Positions 54,549-64,000 of a DNA stretch of 64,000 nucleotides are shown in pieces. The translations under genes and the position numbers were made by a program. The notes beneath the pieces were generated by a model. That model was given only the letters and a program-made list of their open reading frames with translations, was not told the origin of the DNA and made no database searches. Numbering within the stretch: position 1 is the stretch's first letter; every line of letters begins with the position of its first letter. Source of the DNA: Chrysemys picta bellii (taxonomy: Eukaryota); assembly GCF_011386835.1 (NCBI RefSeq), contig NC_088805.1:32302001-32366000 (forward strand). Reading direction: 5' to 3'.

Positions 54549-56529
54549 CAGAAATATACCGTCACTGGATTTCCAGCCAGGCCCTGGCAATCAGGTTCAA
54601 AGACTCACAAGGGGGTATCTGTCAATACGCCAGCCAAGGACATTAGGGAAGCAAAGACACTTGGTGTAAAACTGAGATTTAAATGAGAGCCCAAGTAAAG
54701 CACTGGCTGAATCTACCTACTGTCTCCTGAGATGCTGGTCAGTTTCAGACAACTCCAGTCTCGCATGCGGTGTCTTGTTCTAGGCAGAGGCGACCTGCTG
54801 CTCTTCAGAACAGGAAGCTTCAGTACAGAAGGAACACTGAAGGAAACCAAGCCAAAACACAGACTTAGGGGGAAAAGGAAAAGCTGAGGCTTTTTGGCAC
54901 AGGTCTTACAGCTTCTCAGTTCCTGCCATATTAGAAGCATATCCCAAGAGGAGTGGGAGTTCCCCCTGCCTATGGAAGGGAGACAGAGCTTTCTTTGCAC
55001 TAGGGGCAGTCCTTCCTGAGATAAGTAAAGTTAAGAATGTTTGCAGGACTGGAGAGTACGGGCCTGGCTCTATATTACAATTTACACCAGTTTAATTTTT
55101 TTTTAAATAGTTTAATTACACCAGAGCAAACCCTGTGTGGACACAGTGAAGTTAATTTAAACTTGGCTTATAACAATTTAGCTTAAAGTCAGTAAGGAAT
55201 CTCAGTCTCTTTTGAGAAAGCAGAAGGCGGGGGAGGGAATGGCAGATTGTTGATTTCTGATCGGAGACCTGGTGAACCAATATAGATCATCCTGTTTTTA
55301 AAAAATTAGTCATTTTCTGCTCATTTGCACATGCATCAGTCTGCAGCCTGACCCACAAAGAATGCATGAAGCTGGGGCTGCAAACTTAATTTGAGAAAGA
55401 GGCAACCACAACACCACTCTGCACTTTAAATACATTTACACCAAAAGATTGAGCGGTCTCCAGCCTTCTGTTCAAATCAGCATTTTGCACTGGAACACTG
55501 TTAGGGCTTCAAAGAGAAGCACATACACCCACGGTCTTTATTGTAATGAAACTGAAGGGAGTATTACGTAAGAGTCAGGTCAGACAACGGATAAAACACA
55601 GGTGCTTGTCTATACTACTGTATTCACTGTTGCTACCACCAGTTCTGGGTTATGGCTACCATGTTTGCTACTATACACACAGCCTATATGCTACTAGGAA
55701 GGCAGTGGAGAAACACCAGGCAATAGCCCAAAACTGAATTATGGGAAGTGTGTTGTCACATTTTGAGATTACATTACTCTTTTTTACATTACTCCTTCCT
55801 CTGCTCATTTTAGGCATCAGCCGTTAATAAAAGCAGCAAAGACAACACCGCTGCACACCGCAATTTGTCAGTCAGAAAAAATGCCAACATTATAATATGG
55901 ATTTAAAACCTCAAAGCCAAAACCAAGTCAATTCACAATCAGGCTCTCCCCTTCATCCTCCCTCCCCGTGCCAAGATATTAAAACGCATGCATTATGTAT
56001 GCTCTCCTGCTGTCTGAGAGCATGTAGACACTTCAGCCTGACCCGCCAGTGCCCTTGATTGTGTGCCCCTCAGACAAACCTGAACATAGCTGGCTTTAGG
56101 GAGGAGGGAGAGGGAAGGTGCCTCTGTTGCACTGGAGATTTAGGGGAACTGTGCAGCATTCTCCATTCCCAGCCCTTATTCTGGGTGTTGCTGATCTGCA
56201 TGCACATGACCTGGGCGTGTTAACGCTGGGCCATAACAGTGCCAGGACTGCCCAGGAGTGACTGGCAGCCGGTGGGGGAACAGTTATCCCCACCCCCACA
56301 TCTGCCCACACGCCAGCCCTGGAGCTGAGCAGGGGCTCTGGGCCTGGCCGTACCCCAAGCCCAGCAACCTGCCGGGGTCCCTGCCAGGGCAGGGCATCAG
56401 AGGGGCAGCGCCAGCCGGTGACAGCATCTCCCCTGCGGCCAGGGCAGCCAGGCAGGCAGAAGGGGTAGGCAGAGGGGCAGCCCTCCGGCAAGACCCAGAG
56501 CAGGACTGAAACTGACCTAGGAAGCACAG

Positions 56530-57020
56530 AGGGGGGGCGCATAAGGGCTCTACGCAGGGGGGGTCGCAGGAGAAGGAGCGGAGGGCAGGAGGCACATGGG
56601 GGCTCCAGGCAGCAGAGGGGGCGCGGGCAGGGGGCACACGGGGGCTCCACGCAGGGTTCGGGGAGGGGGCGCAGAGCAGGGGGGGCGCAGGGCTCCGTGC
56701 GGGGGGGGGGCAGGGACACACAGGGCTCCGGGGGGGGCGCAGGGAAGCGGGCGCACGGGGGCTCCACATGGGGGGGGGCGCAGGGACGCGCAGGACTCCG
56801 GGGGGGGCCGCAGGGCAGGGAGCGAACGGGGGCTCCGCGCGGGTGGGCGCACGGGGGCTCCGCGCAGCAGAGGGGGCGCAGAGGGGCGCAGGGCTGCGCG
56901 CGGGGGGGGGCGCAGGGCAGGGGGCGCACGAGGGCTCCGCGTAGCAGAAGGGGCGCAGGGACGCGCAGGGCTCCGCGCAGGGCGGGGGCGCACGGGGGCT
57001 CCGCGCAGGGGGGGCTCCCC
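56530..57020. repeat. G-rich (plus strand) tandem array at the start of TPST2 intron 1
   Basis: Repeated GGGGGCGCAGGGCTCCGCG-like units with G runs. Confidence 0.85.
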
Positions 57021-57045
57021 CCCCCCCTCTCTCTCTCTCACTCAC

Positions 57046-57200
57046 CAGCCCGGCAGCTCCCGCCGCCCGGAGCCTCCAGCCGCCGGCCCGGAGCAGCGCG
57101 AGACGCGGCGACGTCACACGCACGAGGGGCCGGGATCCCCGGGACAGCCGCCTCCCCGGCCGGGCCCGCAGGGGCGGGGGCTGCGCCCGGGGCCGTCGCC
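57046..57200 (-). other. TPST2: Probable TPST2 non-coding first exon (5' end approximate)
   Basis: Donor CTG|GTGAGT at 57045 in a CpG island, with a CRE-like TGACGTCG at about 57109-57116. This is the only CpG island upstream of the TPST2 coding exon before CRYBB1. Confidence 0.7.
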
Positions 57201-57269
57201 GTGTCTGGGTGCGCGCGCATCCGGGGGTGCGCGTGCGGGGGGGCCGGTGAGTGCCCGCGTGCAGGCACC

Positions 57270-57545
57270 CGAGAGTCTTGGGTGTGCGCGCACGTGTAGC
57301 TGTGTGTGCGCAGTGCATGTGGTGCACGTGCACCTATGTGTGTGCACCTGTAGATGTGTGTGCACGTGTGCACGCATGTGTGTGTTTGTAGGCAGTGCAT
57401 GATGTGAGGTGTGTGTATGTGTGTGCACGTGCAATACATGTGCGTGCATACGCATGTAGCTGTGTGCATGCATGTTTGGTGCGTGTGTGTGTGTGAATGC
57501 ATGTGTGGTGCGTGTATGCATGCTAATGGACGGCACACGCATGCA
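57270..57545. repeat. Alternating purine-pyrimidine (TG/CA/CG) tract upstream of TPST2
   Basis: Mixed GTGT/GCAT/GCAC dinucleotide run containing four CACGTG. Confidence 0.85.
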
Positions 57546-57576
57546 CTGCTCTCAGCAGGTGTCTTGGCATGTGCTT

Positions 57577-57661
57577 GCGCCTGACGCAGTGGGCATTCAC
57601 CCACGAAAGCTTATGCTCCAATACGTCTGTTAGTCTATAAGGTGCCACAGGACTCTGTCGC
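57577..57661 (+). mobile_element. Penelope-like element fragment (family C) with degenerate hammerhead
   Basis: CTGACGC-A-GTGGG..CCCAC-GAAAGCTTATGC then GTTAGTCTATAAGGTGCCACAGG, related to family A. Confidence 0.7.
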
Positions 57662-58204
57662 ACGTTGGTTCTGTTCTCCCCCCCGTGCTGCCTTAGGGGA
57701 TGGGGAAAGCACCTGCGGTGAGCACCCTGCAGCTAACCACACAGCCCGTCCGGCTCTCCTATCTGCCACAATCAAGTAGACCAGCAGGACCTGACTCTTA
57801 TTATCGTCCAATGTTGTGGCCTTGCCCCACAGCCCCCCGATGAAGGGGTGAACTCCAGCTGGAGAATACACAGCCCCGCGGCTGGCACTGACCCAGCTCG
57901 GATGCTTAGCGATAGAGTGCTGCTGTGGTGGGTGAGCAGCAGGAAGGGCTGTGCTACCCCAAGAATGTGCCTAGCATCTCAGACAGGATCATATTCAGGG
58001 CAGCTAGCCGCTCCGACCGCCCCCTCCCATTATCTACGCCCATTATCTGTAACACACTGACTGTAGCTAGCACGGGGCTGTCTCCTCGAGCTGCTCGAAG
58101 TGCAGGCATTCCACAGACAGCGAGATCTCGGCATCCATGACGCTGCGTTGCGTAGTGCCCCAGATGCCTGACCAGGGCATTGAAACAACCAAAGAAGAGA
58201 CTCT

Positions 58205-58436
58205 GGCTAGACCTACACTACCACGGACGTTGCTATAACTTACATCGCTCCGGGGGGTGAATAAGCGACATAAGTTACACTGACCTATGTCCACACCACC
58301 TAGCTACCACTGCTCAGAGGGGGTGGATTACTGAAATCAACGGGAGAGCGCTCTCCCGTTGGCTTAGAGTGGCTACACTAGAGAACTTACAGCGATGCAG
58401 CTGCAGCACTGTAAGCTGTCTAGTGTAGCCACAGCC
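58205..58436. mobile_element. Harbinger-like MITE
   Basis: GGCTAGACCTACACTA ... TAGTGTAGCCACAGCC; internal CAACGGGAGAGCGCTCTCCCGTTG hairpin. Confidence 0.75.
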
Positions 58437-59094
58437 TATGTCAGACAATCGTGGGTTGTATTCTATACTACGTTTCTCCTGGGGACGGACCTGGCGGAGC
58501 TGAATGGGTTGAGGTGTAATCAGTGAAGCTTATAGCCACGTGTCATTTAGTGGAGTTTTAGGCCTGGTCTACACTAGACAATTAGGTCAGTTTAACATAA
58601 AAACGACCTCAATTATTGCCTTTGGTTGGTATCAAACCAGCTAGACAGCAACGGTTTAAATCTCACCTTTGGAACATACAATCAGAAGGGAGGAGGAATG
58701 ACATCTGATAACTAAATCCCCTTGTCCAAGTGGCGGTTGCCAAAGGTACTGAGCGTACTGTACCACCGGTACTGTCCCTGCGGATTGTGTCTCTCCAGTG
58801 CATTTCATACACTGTAAGTGCAGCAATTTAACAAGTTTTCCTTTCCCCATCTGCAAGCCTGTCCCTTTTGTGTCACGGTGACAAATTCAATCTTTGCCAA
58901 CTGCTTCCAAGTGTCTACCTTCTAAGTGCTCTGCTGGCAATAGCGGTGACAGCAATGACCTTCCAGAAAAGCAAACTTGTGCTGCTGGCATGCAGCGTGC
59001 GTGCTGATGAGGAGGACTTGGACACAGGAGGGGAAAGCGCTGTATGGCTCAGATGAGATCAAAACCCCTCAAGAACTGAAAAAAAGCTAAAATG

Positions 59095-59262
59095 GTGCCA
59101 GTCCCAGCTTTGCCACTGACTCACTATGTAACTGCGAGGCCTTTGTTTCAGTTGTCCTCTATAAAATGGGGGTAATACTACTCACCTACCTCCTCTGGGA
59201 TGAGTTAGCTAACTCACTGTGAGGATTCAGCTGTTACCGTGTGCACCGTGCTTTGAAGTATT
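59095..59262 (+). mobile_element. MIR/CORE-SINE relic
   Basis: CCCAGCTTTGCCACTGACTC...TCAGTT..TCTATAAAATGGGGGTAATAC core. Confidence 0.65.
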
Positions 59263-60420
59263 ATAAACAGCCATTAAAAAGCTCTCCAGAGAGCAGAGGA
59301 AGATGTCGCTACACAAAGCACACCAAAAGGGGAGAGGAGCCGATGCTGGAAAAGCAGACTCGGTAGCCACAAAGCCATGGTGCTGTTCAGCAAGGGAGAG
59401 GAAGGACTACATCCTGCTCCAGCAGCCTGCACAGCCACCACTGGGCAGAAGCAAGGGCAGCAATTAGCCGCAGAAATGAGAAGCAGAAACACAAGGGACA
59501 CAAGCTGGAAGAAAAGCCAAAGAAATGTAAGGGGGTGGAGAGTGGAGAGAGCTTAGAATCAAAGAAACAATCGATTGGCTTAGCAGAAGAAACCCACGTG
59601 AGAGACACAGGCACAGGACGGGGAATGGGTAGGAGAATGGGGCCCATCTAAACATGAGTTGGGGAAGGTGAAGAAGAGAATAAACATCAGAAAAGAGGAA
59701 CCGGAACTGTCTGCTGCTCCCTAGAAAAGGGGAAATGGGGCACAAGAAGGCAGGAGGGGAACATTTGGAGAAGAAATAAAAAGTACTGGGGAAGAAAACA
59801 CCTTGGAGACCAGAATGCTTTCTGGCTGATTCTAATTATTAGTGGTACAGTTCACTATTGATAGTTTCAGTCTGAATCAGCCCAGCCAGTTACTGCAGCA
59901 CTGCAAATTATGGGCCAGAAGCTCAGCTGGTGTCAAGTGGCACAGCTCCACTGCGCTCACTACAGCTGTGCATTGTTAGCTGAGGGTCTAGCGATTGTGC
60001 TTGTGCTGCTGCAGTGGAAGGGAGCAGCTATGGGGGATGCACAGAGGGAGAAACTCACTAACGCATCAGGTTGGGGTATCCAGAAAAGTTCAACCGATTG
60101 TACATTCCAGGCAGCATTTGGCCATGACCAGAGAGCTGCAGAGTGATAACAGCTTGTTGCCATCAGCAGCTAAGCCCAGCACAGTGAGTTTGGCATGACT
60201 TGGTGAGCATTGTGAGAGGTTGCATATCACCTGGCAGCTCTCTTTAACGCTTGCCAGTCTGGGAGGAGTGTTTTGGACCAATCATTCTTTCGTGTTTGTT
60301 TTAGTAAGCACAGGAAATCCTGTCGCTATTAAAAACAACAATCGCTAGAGCTCTGTCATTATCACTTATGATAACATCTACAACGCTCGGGTTTCTATGG
60401 GGGATTTTGCTCATTTCCCA

Positions 60421-61492
60421 GAATCATAGAATCGTAGGACTGGAAGGGACCTTGAGAGGTCATCTAGTTCAGTCCCCTGCATTCAAGGCAGGACTCAGTA
60501 TTAGACCATCTCTGACACGTGTTTGTCTAACCTGCTCCTAAACATCTCCAACGATGGAGATTCCACAACCCCCCTAGTGTTTTCTAATGTCCAACCTAAA
60601 CCGCCCTGGCTGCAATTTAAACCCATTGCTTCTTGTCCTCGCCTCAGAGGTTAAGGAGAAATTTTTTTCTCCCTCCTCCTTGTAACGACCTTTTATGTAC
60701 TTGAAAACTGCTATCATGTCCCCTCTCAGTCTTCTCTTTTCCAAACTAAACAAACCCATTTTTTTTCAATTTTCCCACACAGCTCATGTTTTCTAGACCT
60801 TCCATAATTTTTGCTGCTTTTCTCTGGACTTTTCCCAATTTGTCCACATCTTTCCTGAAATGTGGCACCCAGAACTGGACACAATACTCCAGCTCTTGAA
60901 TAAGGACTGGGAATGGCTGAGCCATTACAAACATTGACTCTATCTCCCCTTGTAAGTACTCTCACACTTATTATCAAACTGTCTGTACTGGGCTAGCTTG
61001 ATTATCACTTCAAAAGTTTTTTTTTCTCTTAATTAATTGGCCTCTCAGAGTTGGTAAGACAACTCCCACCTGTTTATGCTCTCTGTATGTGTGTATATAT
61101 ATCTCCTCAATATATGTTCCATTCTATATGCATCCGAAGAAGTGGGCTGTAGTCCACGAAAGCTTATGCTCTAATAAATTTGTTAGTCTCTAAGGTGCCA
61201 CAAGTACTCCTGTTCTTCTTTTTGTGGATACAGACTAACACGGCTGTTACTCTGAAATACTCCAGCTGAGGCCGTATCAGCGCAGAGTAGAGCGGAAGAA
61301 TTACTTCTCGTGTCTTGCTTACAGCAGTCCTGCTAATACATCCCAGAATCATGTTAGCTCTTTTTGCAACAGTATTACTCTGTTGACTCATATTTAGCTT
61401 GTGATCCACTATGACCCCCAGATCCCTTTCCGCAGTACTCCCTCCGAGGCAGTCATTTCCTATTTTGTATCTGTGCAACTGATTGTTCCTTC
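60421..61492 (-). mobile_element. 5'-truncated CR1 LINE with broken RT C-terminus, interrupted by a PLE
   Basis: GAATCATAGAATC terminus. ORF pieces LGVIVDHKLNMSQQ..LYSALIRPQLEY, YCVQFWVPHFRKDVDKL and GLFSLEKRRLRGD are CR1 ORF2. Confidence 0.92.
60895..61255 (+). mobile_element. Penelope-like element 3' fragment (family A) including the ORF end
   Basis: 12-bp TSD AATACTCCAGCT inside CR1; begins with LNKDWEWLSHYKH* (60896-60937); hammerhead motif at 61130-61169. Confidence 0.9.
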
Positions 61493-62864
61493 CTAGTTTA
61501 CAAGCCGAGGTGGAAATTTTCAAAAGCCAAGCTAGACATTAAAAGTCTTTGCAGCCCTGAGCAGTGAGCACTTCTCAAGACATCTGGAAATATGGCGGCA
61601 GAGTCTTGGCTTTCAGATAGCTGCACCAAAGCACTCCTGCTGCCACACTCGGAGGGTTCTGTAGTGTTGTATATGGAGCACCTGAAGAAGCAGTTTGATG
61701 TTGGATCAAGAATCAAATGTTTTACTTTATTATTATTAATTATTATTAATACTTTGACCAATAATTACCAGACAAGAAGGGAGAGCTCTGTCTTTTTCAT
61801 CTGATGGTGCCGATGCAGGAGAGCCTGGTTCTCCTCTCGCTTACCTGTTTCATACTGGTGTAACACCATGGATTGGGATGCGACATTCCTGATCCACTCC
61901 AGTGTAGCAGAGCAGGGGCCTGCATTCTTCAAAAGAACCGAAGGATGGTGATCAATATATATATTTGATGGGAGCTTCTGAGGCCCCACAACAGCAGACT
62001 TGTTGCCAAAATGCGGTGTGAGATTTCATCACACAGCAATGAGATATTGATCTGCATCGGAATGGTCCGTTTTGCACTGATTCCACTGACCTGATCTCCC
62101 ATTTAATTCCATTCCTAGGACACAGGCAGCCAGTACAGCCCACTTCACCCCATTAACCCCTTCCATGCCAGGACTCCTGCATCACCAGGGCTTTTCTCAG
62201 TGAAACGTCACCGTGTGGCCCGAGGCACTTTAGGAACCTGTCCTGTTTCCTAGCTCTGATGAAGTAGTTGGATTGAGGAGCAAGCGCAGCTAGAAGAGTC
62301 TGTCTGCATGTGTAGATAGACTTACAGAGCAGGGCCTCCAATGGGTTGGGTGTTCTCTGCATGGAGATAACAGGGACCATTCACACCAGGGGATGAATAT
62401 GGCCCATAAAGTCAAATATTTGGTCCTGTTCTAATCTTTGGGCCATACTTAGAAACCCTGGGCATCCCCACAGCACAGAGCAAACCCCAACTGTTTGCAG
62501 AACCATCGCCCCCGCTCCCTCAAACCCCAACTGTCTGCAGAACCACCTTCCCCTCCCCAAATGTCCAACACTGAAGCTCAGAGCATTGAGCAGTTTAAAC
62601 AGGGTAAGAAAGTTAGAGGGGCTAGGAATTTCCCCGAGAACAATCCAGCGCAGAACAGACTCCGAGGCTGCTGTAGTTGTCTGATTTTTTGTATTGATTG
62701 ATTTTGCATCACAATGTACAGGACATCCAATAAATGTGCAATATACAAGGAAAGTGCCAAGAAAGGGGATGCAAGAGAGAGGCAAGATGGGGGCTGTTCA
62801 CAGAAAGTAGCAGGGGTGTCGAGGTGCTACGTGGCCCAGGATTGCTAGCTAGCAGGGAGCACGC

Positions 62865-63045
62865 TCACTTCGAAGGAGCATCAGGACCGGTGAAGCAGCC
62901 TTTCTGATCCCACTGCATGTCCCTGATGCGACGGATAGACTGGACCTGGGGCTGGAAGGCCGACCATTCATTCCAGTGTCTGAAGTCTCCTCTCTCAAAG
63001 AGATATTGGTAGCCTCGGTAGCCAGGATACTGGTATCCAACCCAG
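62865..63045 (-). CDS. CRYBB1: Beta-crystallin B1, last coding exon
   Basis: ttttggctttccctaaag|C TGG GTT... translates as [59 protein letters not shown], which is beta/gamma-crystallin motif 4 plus a C-terminal arm. Synteny favours CRYBB1. The upstream exons lie beyond the window. Confidence 0.9.
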
Positions 63046-63170
63046 CTTTAGGGAAAGCCAAAATAAAGCATCTCAGAGATGTAGGCTATTACAGGCCACA
63101 CGGCACTGGGGCTCACCTGGATCAGTGGGCCAGTATTTAAATCAGAAGCCATCAGGTGTACATCTATTGC

Positions 63171-63410
63171 CAGGGCCGGCTCCAGGCACCAGCGCAGCAA
63201 GCAGGTGCTTGGGGCGGCCAACAGAAAGGGGCGGCACGTCGGACTCTTTGGCGGCGGGTCCCTCAGTCCCTCTCGGAGGGAAGGACCAGCCGCCGAATTG
63301 CCGCTGAAGAACGAAGCGGCGGCGGTAGAGCTGCTGCTGAAGTGCCGCCGATCGCGGCTTTTTTTTGTTTCCCGCCACTTGGGGCGGCAAAAACACTGGC
63401 GCCGGCCCTG
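63171..63410. mobile_element. hAT MITE
   Basis: TIR CAGGGCCGGC; perfect 8-bp TSD TCTATTGC. Confidence 0.9.
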
Positions 63411-64000
63411 TCTATTGCCACAAAATATCAGGGCCGTAGCCCCCTGGCCCTTGCATGGTGGGCAGCACGGAGCGCCAGGCTGTGGAGCCAGTGTGAGCGA
63501 AGGCCACAGGTGGTACATGTTTCACATGAAGCATTCGAACATATGAATTTTCACCCACCCAGTGGGCTTTGCTCGCACTTGTGTGAGTCTAGTGCCCTGC
63601 GCTGCCCAGGTGAGGGCACTGCCCTCTGCTACAGGACCCCCTCACACGCCTCACTCCTGTTGCTAGGCAGGAGAACCGTGGCTGTCAGGCTCTCGGTAAT
63701 GCAGGGCTGGGGTGCCCGGTGCCCCTGCCCTGAACAGGCTCCTCTGCTCTCGGGCTCGGCTGTGACCAGACAGGGCTCTGCTGTCAGAAAGCCCCTCGTC
63801 CAGCATGGCCTGGCACTGAGGGACCCCCGCATGCTGTGCAGGATTTCGAATGTTTATTGACTCTGGAACCAGTCTCCCACCTGGCCTTCCCTGTGGCTGT
63901 GGCGGGGTATAGGCCTGCTCTTGGCACCACATCCAGATAGTCCAGGGATTTCCCCAGAGCTAAGAGGAGTCACTGGCTCTTCTTGGCAGCAGGGAAACCC

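Larger units (their letters stand above)
56300..57300. promoter_or_regulatory. CpG-island promoter region of TPST2
   Basis: Dense CpG, GC boxes, a CRE-like site and GCGC runs. Confidence 0.75.

Noticed and set aside
56096-57604. Long ORFs including a His/Thr/Cys-rich one around the TPST2 promoter
   Set aside because: They are translations of G-rich tandem repeats and the (CA/TG) tract, with no protein-family signature.
59003-59030. CTGATGA and other isolated CTGANGA hits (e.g. 48092, 61682, 62256)
   Set aside because: They lack a stem II followed by GAAA and a closing stem I, so they are not hammerheads.
61164-61523. 119-aa ORF as an independent gene
   Set aside because: It is a chimera of the CR1 RT fragment and the antisense strand of the inserted PLE.
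62481-62545. Two-copy tandem duplication with 40-bp period
   Set aside because: An ordinary local duplication with no further structure.

Overview
Vertebrate genomic DNA, almost certainly turtle. This is inferred from tortoise Pol III/SINEs, CR1 and L2 LINE fragments, hAT and Harbinger-like MITEs, and Penelope-like element (PLE) relics. The window carries the conserved amniote block HPS4(-)/SRRD(+)/TFIP11(-)/TPST2(-)/CRYBB1(-). I traced these by hand with GT-AG boundaries and consistent phases: SRRD (7 coding exons, 303 aa), TFIP11 (12 coding exons, 827 aa), TPST2 (4 coding exons, 375 aa, plus non-coding 5' and 3' exons) and the last coding exon of CRYBB1, which the ORF track misses. A probable HPS4 first-exon donor lies at the very start. 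Gene names come from my recognition of the protein sequences, not from a database search. Most long ORFs in the supplied track are artefacts of GC-rich repeats. I found no new protein-coding system. The most interesting non-obvious layer is RNA-level. First, eight short PLE insertions from three families carry minimal hammerhead-ribozyme motifs; several form long palindromes with clear target-site duplications (TSDs), and one (54419-54458) has an intact CUGANGA...GAAA core. Second, there is a back-to-back poly(A) cassette between SRRD and TFIP11. Third, TPST2 has splice-dependent uORFs. Fourth, there is a likely spliced divergent transcript from the TPST2 promoter. Fifth, unrelated C-rich-on-sense arrays sit in all three first introns.
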